NCBI RefSeq assembly: GCF_001194135.2
Contig: NC_068988.1
Location: 91,647,007 to 91,711,006, forward strand
Source of the DNA: Octopus bimaculoides
Taxonomy: Eukaryota
DNA: 64,000 nt
Reading direction: 5' to 3'
Below the pieces are notes generated by a model. The model had not been told where the DNA came from. It saw nothing but the letters and a program-made list of their open reading frames with translations, and did not search any database. Position 1 is the stretch's first letter. Every line of letters starts with the position of its first letter. Shown one piece after another: positions 27,336-40,345 of the stretch. A program made the position numbers and the translations under genes.

Positions 27336-27988
27336 AACAAATTTGTGTGTTGTAGCCACAAAGACAGTATGTAGGTACAACAACCAAACTATCACACTTT
27401 CCAACTCAGCTGAGTCTCATTCAGTTTCACAGTAAGAAGCAGAAATAGCTATTCTCTCAAACAGACTGCATTTTAGAATTTTGATTCTATTACATGAAAT
27501 ATACCAACACTAGCTTTACTGTTGTTCATCCCATCAATGGTGTCCATGAGTAACCAACCATGGTAATTTATTTCTCAAATAAGCTCATTTTCCATCTTTA
27601 ACCTGTGTCTAATAGATTACATTAATGTTTTGACAAGCACAGTGAGGTCAATGATTTGCTGCAGAGATCTAATAACACCAAAATGTGCCATGGGTTATCT
27701 CCCATACTTTCTAAAATGATTAGTCATTGAGCTAAAATTGTCTTTAGTCCATTGCCTAATTACTGTTTCTAAGTAGGCAACAAGCTGGCATCAAGCAGCG
27801 AGTTGGCAGAGCCTTAGCATGCTGGACAAGATGCTTAGTGGCATTTCTTCCAGCTTTACACTCTGAGTATGAATTCTGCCAAGGTAACCTTTGCCGTTCA
27901 TCATATCTGGGTCAATAAAATAAAGTACCAGTTCAGCACTGGGGTTGCTGCAATCAACCACCTCATCCCCAACAATTTCAGACCTTGT

Positions 27989-28374
27989 GTGTGTGTTGGC
28001 ACTCCGTCGCTTACGACGTCGAGGGTTCCAGTTGATCCGATCAACGGAACAGCCTGCTCGTGAAATTAACGTGCAAGTGACTGAGCACTCCACAGACACG
28101 TGTACCCTTAAGTAGTTCTCGAGGATATTCAGCGTGACACAGTGTGACAAGGCTGACCCTTTGAAATACAGGCACAACAGAAACAGGAAGTAAGAGTGAG
28201 AGAAAGTTGTGGTGAAAGAGTACAGCAGGGTTTACCACCATCCCCTGCCGGAGCCTCGTGGAGCTTTGGTTGTTTTCGCTCAATAAACACTCACAACGCC
28301 CGGTCTGGGAATCGAAACCGCGATCCTGTGACCACGAGTCCGCTGCCCTAACCACTGGGCCATTGCGTCTCCAC
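27989..28374 (-). mobile_element. Young full-length tRNA-derived SINE (family D) nested in a family B SINE, 11-bp TSD
   Basis: TSD tcagaccttgt at 27978-27988 and 28375-28385. The host family B SINE runs ~27790-27988 and resumes to ~28410. Head on minus strand: ggagacgcaatggcccagtggttagggcagcgg...ggtttcgattccc. Confidence 0.95.
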
Positions 28375-28889
28375 TCAGACCTTGTAACTACAGTAGAAAG
28401 AATTATTTCTGAGTATAGTTGTCATTTGTCTCCTTGGTGAATGACATATTAGCCATGGATAGAAATCATCTGGCAGTGTAGATATAGTAATTAGATATAG
28501 TAATTAGATGTTTGAGAAAATGATGTAACGTCATGGAACATATACGAGTTAATAATTTCTATAGAAAATTTCTTTCGGTTTTTGCTCTAAAATAATTTAA
28601 GGGTGCTTGTTTATCCTCAGGTCAGTTCTGATTATTGAACTGACCTTTAATTAACATACGTGTCACTCAGAAGACAAAGTCTTTGGAAAGAAAATAGTAA
28701 TAGGAAATAAAGTGTTTAAAGCCACCACCACAACTGATTTTTATAGTCAATATTCATAAAAACAAAATATGCTGGTGTGTGGGCTGAAGTAGAGCAGGTA
28801 GTAGAGTGTTGGTCTATAAATATACCTAATATAGTTAACATAAACAATCTTATGTAAGAAGAAACAAGTTTTTAGTTCCAGTAGGACAT

Positions 28890-29256
28890 GATACAACAAC
28901 AACCATCAGCTGAGGGTAAACATTAAATTGTGTGTGTCCAACAACTGTCAACTGAGAGTGACAGACATGTTGTATGTCTAACAACTGTCAACTGTGGGTA
29001 AACATTTAACTGCGCCTAACAACTGTCATCTGTGGGTAGATACATATATATTTATATCCAATAACTGTCATCTGTGGGGTAGATAGGTAACTGTGACCTT
29101 TGGGGAGACATTTAGCTGTGTCCTACAGCTATCACTTGTAGGTAGATATATCCAACAATTGTTACTTGTTGTTAGTTATGCAGGTGTGTATCCAATAACT
29201 GTAAACTATGGACGAGACATGTGGTGTGTCCAAAAACTGTCAATTGTGAGTAGGCA
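28890..29256. repeat. Degenerate minisatellite, ~37-40 bp unit (ccaacaactgtcaactgtgggtagacatgtggtgtgt), ~9-10 copies
   Basis: Recurring caactgtca(a/t)ctgtgggta motif; one further unit at ~29830-29870. Confidence 0.85.
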
Positions 29257-29830
29257 TTTTTTTTTTTTTGCTTAATTCTTGTTACTTGTTAACTCTGGAG
29301 AAAGAGGCAGTATCCATGGTGACTAACATTTTATATAAACACAAGTTGACACCAGCAGGAAAGACATGAGCAAAGAAGGAGAATTTCCAGAGGGTTGAAG
29401 TTCTGGGAAGGAAGAACTAGTCTAATGGGTTAGTGTGGGATCTAGGATGTTGGACACAATATGGATGATAAGGAGAAGAGAGCTGAGGGAAGAGGGAATA
29501 TGTGAATGGAGGTAGCACTCTACTATTCAACTCTAAGGAGTATAGTAGAAAGGGAAAAGGCAGAGGAAAGAGACAGGATGTATGTAGGTCAAAGGCTAGA
29601 GCATGACCGGGAGTGGTTGTATGCCAATCACTCAAGTGGCCCTTTTATAGAAACACTCTTAAGATATCTATGTGTACAATAGTGGCACCATCAAAGATGT
29701 AGGAGCAATATTCCATTGTGCGCCGCACCTGAGCTTTGTAGAGTGTTGGGCTGTGGTTCCTAGTTAATGGATATGCTTTTGCCAGGAGAGATCCCCAGTG
29801 ATACTCATGCTTAAGATTTGTAGCTTTGTG
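29257..29830 (-). mobile_element. CR1/L2-group (Zenon-like) LINE 3' fragment with poly(A) tail
   Basis: Minus strand: LYKAQVRRTMEYCSYIFDGA ... HPYCVQHPRSHTNPLD*FFLPRTSTLW, matching the LYKAQVRP-MEYC...PRT--LWN C-terminal pattern. T13 at 29257-29269 is the reverse-complement poly(A). Confidence 0.75.
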
Positions 29831-30111
29831 ACCAATAATTGCTGAATGTGGGTAGACATGTAGTGTCCAATAGAAGACATTATAAAGAAAAGAAAACTAT
29901 GCACAAAAATACTTAGAGCAATCGCAGGTACCACAGACTACGTGGTAAAAGGTGTGGCAGTGTGGTAAGAAGTTTGCTTCCTAACCACATGGTTCCAGGT
30001 TCATTCCCACTGTGTGGTACCGAAGGCATGTGTCTTCTGCTAGAGTTCAAAGCTGATCAAAGTTTTATGAGTGGATTTGATAGATGGAAACTGAAATAAA
30101 CCTATCAAATC

Positions 30112-30157
<46 letters not shown>

Positions 30158-30599
30158 TCTTCCTTGTCTTAACATCATGTGACAGTAGTAAACAAGTGCC
30201 ACCATCACACAAGTGATGTCCTTCATTCCCAATCGTCTGTGAAAATATGTCTGGTAATATGGAAGCATTACCTTACTTGGACATAGCTATGGGTTGGTGG
30301 CAGGAAGGGCATCCAGCTGTAGAAGATCTGCCTCATATAAATTCTGTTCAAACAATGCAAGCAAAGAAAAGTGGACATAAAAATGATGATTATGTTGAGG
30401 AAGAATTGAGCCTTGATCTAAATTTCTCCCTAACATATAACTAAGAACACAAAACACTGCTGTATGCATCATAACAGGTTGTACATAGACGACCTACAAA
30501 ACAAAAGAAATCTACTATAAATGATAAAAATGAAAGACCATTTGATCATGCAAGAAGCACAGTTTGTTGCCACAAGCTTCAACTCCCACTGGGACAGTG

Positions 30600-30900
30600 G
30601 AGGTTGAAACTTTCTATTACATGAAAAACCACCTCCAAACACCTAGACACATACAACATCCCAGAACAATACATCTTTAAACCACTATCCTTTCCCACAC
30701 AAGGGAAGCATAATGCACATACAAATACAGGAATACTTCCCAAATAATGAGAACAGTGGAACTTGGTTACGGTGTGACAAACAGCAACTGTCACACTATA
30801 ACCAAGTCCACTTCACTCACCTCTGCTGTGGCCACCACCAGAATCTATGGGCATACAGAAATAGACTGAACAATGGAGAGAGTGCCGCATGTCCATATTT
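30600..30900 (+). mobile_element. Possible I-group LINE ORF2 C-terminal remnant
   Basis: ORF 30713..31051 contains QVHFTHLCCGHHQNLWAYRNRLNNGESAACP, resembling the (L-RLR-GH)...C-C zinc-knuckle region of I-group LINEs. Confidence 0.35.
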
Positions 30901-31162
30901 TCATGACTGCATGTCCGTCTTCAGTCAGGTTGAAGTGTCATCATTATACATAGATGAGTGTCACCATCATACAAGCTGTCATTCATTTTTAATCCTCCAG
31001 GAAAACCTGGCTAGCTTTGGTGAAATATTACCTTGCTTGAAAAACAGGTGACAGTTGACAACTGAAAGGGCATCTCCCTGCAGAAAATCTTTGATAAATT
31101 CCATCTGACCCATGCAAAAATGAAAACCGGATATTAATGGCTATGATAATGACAAGACAACA

Positions 31163-31372
31163 CTCTTTTACTCTTTTACTTGTTTCAGTCATTTGACTGC
31201 GGCCATGCTGGAGCACCACCTTTAGTCGAGAAAATCGACCCCAGGACTTATTCTTTGTAAGCCTAGTACTTATTCTATCGGTCTCTTTTTGCCGAACCGC
31301 TAAGTTACGGGGGCCTTAAACACACCAGCATCGGTTGTCAAGCGATGATGGGGGGACAAACACAGACACACA

Positions 31373-31424
<52 letters not shown>

Positions 31425-31600
31425 TATACATATATACGACGGGCTTCTTTCAGTTTCCGTCTACCAAATCCACTCACAAGGCTTTGGCCGGCCCGAGGCT
31501 ATAGTAGAAGACACTTGACCAAGGTGCCACGCAGTGGGACTGAACCCGGAACCATGTGGTTGGTAAGCAAGCTACTTACCACACAGCCACTCCTGCGCCT
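31163..31600 (-). mobile_element. SINE family A, young full-length copy
   Basis: CpG-intact; near-identical to 51001-51379; internal (TA)n(CA)n at ~31376-31435. Confidence 0.95.
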
Positions 31601-32523
31601 ATACACTGGTAACAATGTTGCAACTGCTTACAATTGTGAATAGGTTTCTGCTCTAACAACTACATGGAATGGACAATTTTAAAATTCTCAGACCATGGAT
31701 ACAAAACTTATTTGTGGCAGGATGTGAACCTCTAACCTCTTAACTGTTAGTCTGTTACCCAATCCACTTATCCATCTAACCCTCCTCCAACAACCCCGCT
31801 AATACTCAACTCACATTTTATGATGTTCTAATATATATATATGATACCAGGCTCCAAATCAGATTGGAGCCTGGTGTAGCCATCTGGTTTCACCAGTCCT
31901 CAGTCAAATCGTCCAACCCATACTAGCATGGAAAGCGGACGTTAAACGACGACGACGATGTTTTACCAACCCTGAAGAAATAGATGTAAGATAGAGTGAA
32001 TCCAGGTGGAACTTGAATTCAAAGCATAAAAGGATGGAAATACAGACAACAAAACCTTTTTGTCCTACATTCCTCTATCTTAAAAGTAATTATGCTGTTA
32101 TTCAACTCCCAAGGCCATCCAAAATCCATTAGATCCATGATCACTAATAAACTAAGCTGTCTTTCATTCAGATTCAGTGTATCTCGGACATCCTTATCCA
32201 ACATGTCCTTCCCTTTTTTTTAAGACAGAAAGGGTGATTTGAAGAGATTTAGCTGTAATTTCTAGCAGGCTCAGTTACCACATAGAGATTTTGTTAATAG
32301 TTTACATAACTAGCTGGTAAATAATATAGAATATATCTAGTTCTTGTTCTTTAGTCTAAAATCAACTCTGATCCAGCAAACATATACCCAAAGACATTCC
32401 AGCCGAGACCATCATGCAAGTGATGTCCTTCATTCCCAATCTTCTGTGAAAACGTGTTTGGTGATATGGAAATATTACCTTACTTGGGAACAGATAAGGG
32501 TTGGTGACAGGAAGGGCATCCAG

Positions 32524-32647
<124 letters not shown>

Positions 32648-33420
32648 CAAAGAATATATATGCATGTATACACACATATATGTACATACTTACATCTACA
32701 TGTGTATATAGATGCATATCAGGGTACAGGACGTTAGAACAATGAACTACAGACTACGGAACTAACACAGGAAAACAGATAGCCACTTGGAATTAATCCT
32801 TCGTCAGCTGCCTCTATTCTAACTAGACGTTTCGAAGATAATATATATATATATATACATACGCAATGTGTGTATGCATGCTATGTATCTGTTTCATTTG
32901 TTTTCCAATCAGCCTACTTTTGACAACATTATCCAAAATGTCCTCTTTATAAACAATTATAGTACGATTTGAGCGAGATGCTATAGCTGCCATTTCTAGC
33001 AGGTCAAGTCATACCATAGGGGGCTCTCTAGTAGTAATTACAAAAACAACAATTTAAGAACGGTGGGTGTAACAAGGGTGACTCAACACAAATTATTCAG
33101 AAGGAATTCTAACATCTAGTCCTCCCCTTGCTACACAACACAATCAATTATTATAATAAATAGTAAAGGGCTCTTTTTTCTTTTAGTGGTAACAATAATT
33201 AGAGTAATGGTAGTTTATTAGACAGAGGGGTAAACTAACAAGAACATTACGAATACACTAAGACAGAAATGTATTTGCCATGATTATTGTATAGAATTCA
33301 ACAATTTTAAGCCTCACTCCAACACACACACATACACAAACAGTCGTGTACAAAGAACGAAAACACACACACACATCAAGTAGTGTGTTCCAAGTTACCA
33401 TGTAGAAACGGTATCACAAG

Positions 33421-33430
33421 ATGACGTCAT
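33421..33430. promoter_or_regulatory. Palindromic CRE/ATF-type site ATGACGTCAT
   Basis: Perfect 10-bp palindrome containing TGACGTCA, near the left edge of the CpG-retaining region. Confidence 0.4.
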
Positions 33431-33443
33431 GGCATCTGTGGCA
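33429..33443 (+). CDS. Candidate 5-codon first coding exon (MASVA)
   Basis: gtcATGG Kozak context followed by GCA|GTGAGT donor. No downstream exon can be linked confidently. Confidence 0.2.
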
Positions 33444-33910
33444 GTGAGTGAAACTGACTCCTCCCCTTCCTCTGACTACTACTACTACTACTACTACACT
33501 GCTGGAATTACTCATAGTAATCGTGGTGGTGATAGTATAGGCGGAGGCGATGGCGGGATATAGTTTATAACAGACAGTGGTGTTTGTGCATAGTTGAGGT
33601 TATGGTGGTGATAATGGTGCTGTAGTTTTTAACAGACACTGGTGGTGAAATGAGTGCTTCAACATTTGGATTTAACATGAGCGTGCAATTATCAAGAAAA
33701 AAAAAAAAAAAACATCACCACCACCTCCACTAGCTCTGTACACACCAATGCTTTCACCACCTAACACGCACACAAACATACACATTACAAAACTAGGTTA
33801 AAATATGTTTTGTAAACACAGACAAAATGGTGTGGCCGTGTGTGTATGTATGCATATCTATATTTAGATAGAGAGAGAGAGAGAGAGAGTGTGTGTGTGA
33901 GTTACGCGAG

Positions 33911-33943
<33 letters not shown>

Positions 33944-34939
33944 GAGAGAGAGAGAGAGAGATGATGTGTGTATGTGTGTGTGTGTGACGGACTGATAGGT
34001 CACTGTCCTAAGTTTGCGTAAGTATCACTGGAAACTGACTGTTGTATAATCGTCAATAAGTGCGTGGTCAGCGTGATAGCGAACAACATGCACGTTCACT
34101 TCAGCCAACAGTTGGGTTACGTAACGGGGAAATTGAGGAAGTGGGAATAGGAAGATTGAAAATGTCCACAGAAACAGGCAGAGAGACAAACAAACAAACT
34201 GTATCAACTTAGTGTAGCAATGTTTGTAAACAGTGATATTCACATGGCAAGAGGGAGTGACTTATTATTTTTATTCCTCTCACAGAAAGGATAGAGGGTA
34301 TATCGGCAAAGCAGAGCGCGCGGGACAATCTGTAACTTAGCTACTCTCAACATTTACCACGTACAGGTGAGAGAAAGATAGGGGAAGTAACTGAAAACCA
34401 GCTCTACCCACAGATGACAAAATCCAAACATCCGATACAGCAGAGAGTCAGAATGTACATACAATGTATGCATATTTACATGTCCAATGAGCAGATAGAT
34501 AGTCTCAGTGTGTATGTGAAATACGGTCACTGCCTAAGTGGATATACATAGTCATTGTGTCTGTGCTGTTAAAATAGGTTAGCTAACATCTTTCTACATC
34601 TCACCTCATCATACACAGGTGTGTAATATTCGCTTAGTACGTCCGACCCATATATACACATGGTGACAATGGGGGTAACATGTGACGACAACAAAATGTC
34701 ACCAATATACTAAAGTGCAGAGGAAATAAGCTTGAGACATGTTGTTGTTGTGGTGAGTGGTTTTATAACTTCACGTCATGATGATAAAGCAGAGCTGTTT
34801 TTTTTTTTATATGTTGGTAAATATTACTGTATGATATACGTGTGTGTATATATATATATATATAAATGTTTGTGTGAGTATATATAATATATATATTCAT
34901 ATATAAGCACATATATATGAATATATATATATGAATATA

Positions 34940-35898
34940 NNNNNNNNNNNNNNNNNNNNNNNNNNNNNNNNNNNNNNNNNNNNNNNNNNNNNNNNNNNNN
35001 NNNNNNNNNNNNNNNNNNNNNNNNNNNNNNNNNNNNNNNNNNNNNNNNNNNNNNNNNNNNNNNNNNNNNNNNNNNNNNNNNNNNNNNNNNNNNNNNNNNN
35101 NNNNNNNNNNNNNNNNNNNNNNNNNNNNNNNNNNNNNNNNNNNNNNNNNNNNNNNNNNNNNNNNNNNNNNNNNNNNNNNNNNNNNNNNNNNNNNNNNNNN
35201 NNNNNNNNNNNNNNNNNNNNNNNNNNNNNNNNNNNNNNNNNNNNNNNNNNNNNNNNNNNNNNNNNNNNNNNNNNNNNNNNNNNNNNNNNNNNNNNNNNNN
35301 NNNNNNNNNNNNNNNNNNNNNNNNNNNNNNNNNNNNNNNNNNNNNNNNNNNNNNNNNNNNNNNNNNNNNNNNNNNNNNNNNNNNNNNNNNNNNNNNNNNN
35401 NNNNNNNNNNNNNNNNNNNNNNNNNNNNNNNNNNNNNNNNNNNNNNNNNNNNNNNNNNNNNNNNNNNNNNNNNNNNNNNNNNNNNNNNNNNNNNNNNNNN
35501 NNNNNNNNNNNNNNNNNNNNNNNNNNNNNNNNNNNNNNNNNNNNNNNNNNNNNNNNNNNNNNNNNNNNNNNNNNNNNNNNNNNNNNNNNNNNNNNNNNNN
35601 NNNNNNNNNNNNNNNNNNNNNNNNNNNNNNNNNNNNNNNNNNNNNNNNNNNNNNNNNNNNNNNNNNNNNNNNNNNNNNNNNNNNNNNNNNNNNNNNNNNN
35701 NNNNNNNNNNNNNNNNNNNNNNNNNNNNNNNNNNNNNNNNNNNNNNNNNNNNNNNNNNNNNNNNNNNNNNNNNNNNNNNNNNNNNNNNNNNNNNNNNNNN
35801 NNNNNNNNNNNNNNNNNNNNNNNNNNNNNNNNNNNNNNNNNNNNNNNNNNNNNNNNNNNNNNNNNNNNNNNNNNNNNNNNNNNNNNNNNNNNNNNNNN
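34940..35898. other. Assembly gap flanked by (TA)n
   Basis: Contiguous N bases. Confidence 1.
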
Positions 35899-36069
35899 AT
35901 ATATATATATATATATATATATACAGCGAGCTTCTTTCAGTTTCCGTCTGCCAAATCCACTCACAAGGCTTTGGTCGGCCCAAGGCTATAGTAGAAGACA
36001 CTTGCCCAAGGTGCCACGCAGTGGGGCTGAACCCGGAACCATGAGTTTGGGAAGCAAGCTTCTTGCCAA

Positions 36070-36432
36070 TACTTGTTTCAGTCATTAGACTGCGGTCATG
36101 CTGGAACCGCCGTGAAGAATTTTTAGTCGAATGAATCGATCTCAGTACTTTCTTTTTAAGCAGAGTACTTATTCTATCGGTCTCATTGGCCGAACCGCTT
36201 CAGTTACAGGGACGTAATCACATCAAGACCAGTCGTCAAGCTGTGGTGGGGGGCAAACACAAACACACACACACAGATATATACACATACGATGGGTTCT
36301 TTCAGCTTCCGTCTATGAAATCCACTCGCAAGGCTTCGGTCGACCGGAGGCTATAGTAGAAGACACTTGCCAAGGTGCCGGAAAACATGTGGTTGGGAAG
36401 CAAACTTCTTATCACACAGCCACGTCTGCGCC
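36070..36432 (-). mobile_element. SINE family A full-length copy, preceded by a head-only copy at ~35925-36065
   Basis: Tail cttgtttcagtcattagactgcgg..., head end cacagccacgtctgcgcc. Confidence 0.85.
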
Positions 36433-36438
36433 TATATA

Positions 36439-37118
36439 TTGGGTCATCCCATAAATAATGCGGTTTTTTAATACTTCTATTTCTTCAAAATTACGATAAA
36501 CATAGTTCTTTTTAATCTAAAATATACTCTCCTTCGTCTTCTACAATGCTCTTCCATCTTATCTGGTAGACTTGCAGGTCCCTTTTCCAAAATTCACTTG
36601 TCCGTGACGAAAAATACTCTTCTGACCTTGATCCACAGAATTCATATTTTCTCCGTCCAAATGATTTTGAAGACTGCGGAATAAATGATAATCAGATGGG
36701 GTAATGTCCAGCGAATATGGTGGGTGGGGCATCGTTTCCCATTCAAACTGCTCAAGCCTTTGGAATGCCATCCTCGCTGTAAGTGGCCGAGCATTATCCT
36801 AACGGAAGAACACCTCTCGTCTTGAAACCAAAGATGGTCGTTTTTTCTTCTAGCGCTGACTTGAATGACTGGTTGAATGACCAAATCAAAGCTTCTCTGC
36901 TAGTTCATCAATGGGATTTTGTTCCACCAGGGTTTGCAGGACGCCCTCGTCGAGCTCTACAGATCTTCCAGGACGAGGTTCGTTTTCTAGGCTGTAGTTT
37001 CCGACTCGGAATTTCTGGAACCACCGTTGACACTGGCTTACGCTTATTGTCCGATCCCTATATACTGCATTAATATTCCTCGCACTTAAAAACCGAAATG
37101 ACTTTCTTGTCAACCCAA
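36439..37118 (-). mobile_element. Internally deleted mariner derivative with two different TIRs, TA-flanked
   Basis: TA|ttgggtcatcccataaataatgcggtttt at left; aaaaaccgaaatgactttcttgtcaacccaa|TA at right. ORF fragments ARNINAVY...QRWFQKFR...EPRPGRS and PHPPYSLDITPSDYHLFRSLQNHL. Confidence 0.9.
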
Positions 37119-37548
37119 TATATTTATATAAGTTTTGTAGTTTAAATTGGATGCCAAACGAAACAATTATAGGTGAAGATGTTAATCAATTAATAAATTA
37201 ATTTATATCCATTAGATCTCTCTGTTTTTAAATTATATATATATACACGAGTGTGTGTGTGTACATTTATATATATATATATTTATTTATTTATTTATTT
37301 ATTTATGTGTTTTAGCCAAGTGGCTGCGGTCATGCTGGTGCACCACCATATATATATATATAAATAAATATATTCAAAATAAATGGAAGTGGAGAGACAA
37401 GTTACTGAAGAGATTGCAAAAGTGCAATGAAATAATTTAACAAAAAACTATATAAATTAATAAAGGACTGAACCAGTGCGTGTGTTTATTACCGGCATAA
37501 TGCCTCTCCCAAGGTTTAATTGTATTTCTTTCAACACACGTATCCACA

Positions 37549-37558
37549 NNNNNNNNNN
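37549..37558. other. Small assembly gap
   Basis: 10 N bases. Confidence 1.
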
Positions 37559-37591
<33 letters not shown>

Positions 37592-38171
37592 TGCATGTTA
37601 TATGTGAGTGTATATGTACATGTGCAAATATCTATATATGAGTGTGGTTATTTGCACGTGTGTGTCAAATCTATCATTAGATGGTAGGGCAGAGGCGACA
37701 GGTGGTCATCATTGGTGCAAAAATCATGCATCCCTGGAGCATGTGCTAGTAGCATGCAAGTAATCTCTTGCAGAGAATGCCTAGCAAGATATCCACCGCA
37801 GTCATGAGTATTTTTTCTGATGAAGAACAACAACAACAACAACAACGATGTTGTCGCTTTAACGCAATGGAAATCAACACCAAGTTACATCTCATTTTCC
37901 ATACAGAGGGTGAGAAAGGACAATGAAGGAACGTAAACAAGCGAAAGCCGATACCCAGACATCTGCATAGCGCTAATTGAGTCGAATGAAGCACTCATAT
38001 TCCTTAGTCATATTGTAATAAAGATGCAACACCTAAATATTATGACTTGAGTTAGCAGTGTCACGAGAAAGCAATATGACGTCGGCATACGAATGAAAGA
38101 GTCTAACACAGGGAACGCTTAGGAAATCGTATGAAGCACAAGAAAGGCAGTGTACGGTGCTTCAATGCGTC

Positions 38172-38455
38172 GTCATCGTCATCGTTTAACGTCCGCTTTC
38201 CATGCTAGCATGGGTCGGACGATTTGACTGAAGACTGGTGAAACCGGATGGCAACACCAGGCTCCAATCTGATTTGGCAGAGTTTCTACAGCTGGATGCC
38301 ATTCCTAACGCCAACCACTCCGAGAGTGTAGTGGGTGCTTTTACGTGCCACCGGCATGAGGGCCAGTCAGGAGATACTGGCAACGACCACGATCGAAATG
38401 GTGTATTTTACGTGCCACCTGCACAGGAGCCAGTCCAGCGGCACTGGCAACGATG
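38172..38455 (-). mobile_element. SINE-like family C, long form with internal tandem duplication
   Basis: Family C tail plus twice-repeated ttttacgtgccacc...ctggcaacga units. Confidence 0.85.
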
Positions 38456-40279
38456 AATTCACCTAACCCATACCAGCATGGAGAATGCGATGTAAAGCAA
38501 CACACACACACACACACGTATTTACAACCAAAAGGATAAAGTACACATAATTTATTCTTTCACTCAAAACTTAGACGCTTCCATGTTGCTACTTTGAAAT
38601 AGTGAGAACAGTCTTCAGTTTCAAATAAATGGATGACTATATATTTGTGCGTAAAATCATCGTTTTTACATCTGCTCTTCCACACTGGCATGGGTTAGAC
38701 AAGACATTTTGAGGCAGTTCATTTAGTGGCCTCTTGCAACATACTTCGATATAGTGAAGTTATTCTAACTGGGATACAAAAGAAGTCTAAAACTGGGATA
38801 TACACATGATAGATATATGCACACAGTGCCTCCAGCTTGGCCACAGTTTAATGGCTGATATGAGCCTTACGAAGGAGATAACAAAGGACCGAGATATCTG
38901 GCGTCTTGCTGAAGACCGACCCACCACTGCAGAATTGATACCGGTGTTGGTGTCACATAAAAAGCGATCGTGCTGATCCCACGTTAAAAGCACCCAGTAC
39001 ACTCTATAAAGTGGTTGGCGTTAGGAACGTCATCCAACCGTAGAAATCATGCCAGAACAGACAAGGGAGCCTGGTACAATCCCCCGGCCTTACCAGCTCC
39101 TGTCGAACAGTCCAGCCCATGCCTGTATGGAAAACGGACGTATGATGATGATGATGGCGTGTTTGTGTGTGTGTCATTTAAATGTGGCATCATTCACCGA
39201 GATGAGTTGAGGCGACGCCAACTAGCCAATTCACAGCACTGTGAACAGAGGCTAAACACGCTCTTCAATCACAGATGACCTAACATGGAGATTGTTCATC
39301 AGTCACGATTCCAATGACAGGCATCATATATACGAGGACCAGTTACTGATTCAAACTCTGACACGACTGTACATATCCATGTTTTCAGCCGCTGGACCTC
39401 ACCATTTACGCCATCTTATATGAGAACTTCTCCGGAGATGATTCAAACAAGGTCATCTGCTGAAAATATTGTTTTAAGTACATGATGTCTGACATCAGAA
39501 TTACAACTAGTTGACACTGTCCACATTGAATGTCGTGATTGCCAAGCATGGTCAGCCTCTGTGTATTATAAATTCTATTTCAACCAAATGTTTGAAAACA
39601 CTACAATATTAATGAAAACAATAACCAGCCAACTTCCTTCCTTCATCTTGGATATAATATTAGTTATCTAGCTCTTAGCGAGATCGGCACAATTTGTCGA
39701 AAGAAGGCGCAATCTGCCGAAACAAGTTGTCTGCAAATTATAGATCATAAAATATATTATGGAAAAAAAAAACACTGCTTTGAATTAATATTTATTCCTC
39801 GCATGCTTCTTTCCTCTTTACAAGATAAATAAACAAAGTTCATGTGTCTATGTGTTTGTTTATATATTAACATAAGAGTTATTTATATCTTGTAACCTCG
39901 CAGTTTATCATGTAAATAGAACGATCAAATAAATACTAGACTGAAATTGATTAACTCTAAACCCTTGAAGGCGGTAGGTACCCCAACATGGCTATAGTCC
40001 AATGATTAAAAAGAATAAACGAGCGAGCGTGCGTGCGTGTGTGTGAGGGAGAGAGAGCATGGTGGGGGGGGGGGTATCAGAGTTGGTATACTGAAAAGCG
40101 AATCTACTTCAGCGAGAAGACAGAAAGAAATGAAATAGAGAAAATAGAATTATTGACCGCACAAAGAGAAAGTATAAGGGTTACAAAGCTGTGGATCACG
40201 GGACAGCAGCAACAAGCAGTCAAGTTAGCCAGGGAAGGAAGTGAAACGACATTCACAGCCGAGACAAATGTTGATATCA

Positions 40280-40345
40280 GTCACAAGATGGACGTCTCAA
40301 TCACGTGACCACGGGTACGTCCGGGTGGAGGCGGAGGAGGAGTAT
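40280..40345. promoter_or_regulatory. CpG/GC-rich patch with E-box TCACGTGAC and GC-box-like ggaggcggagg
   Basis: TCACGTGAC at 40301-40309, GACGTC at 40291-40296, GGAGGCGGAGG at ~40327-40337. Motif match only. Confidence 0.3.

Noticed and set aside
27228-29256. Tandem arrays as possible CRISPR-like repeat-spacer structures
   Set aside because: Units are directly adjacent without unique spacers, the context is eukaryotic, and there are no cas-like ORFs.
30821-30844. 24-nt minus-strand microexon (DSGGGHSR) with GAG|GTGAGT donor
   Set aside because: Lies within a probable LINE ORF2 remnant on the opposite strand; splice-like motifs are likely coincidental.
33429-33443. Assigning MASVA to Shal/Kv4 (N-terminus MASVAAWLPF)
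   Set aside because: The sequence after MASVA does not continue AWLPF, and five residues are not diagnostic.
34286-34366. 81-nt plus-strand exon-like segment with good acceptor and CAG|GTGAGA donor
   Set aside because: Stops in all three frames; it could only be a UTR or poison exon and there is no supporting evidence.
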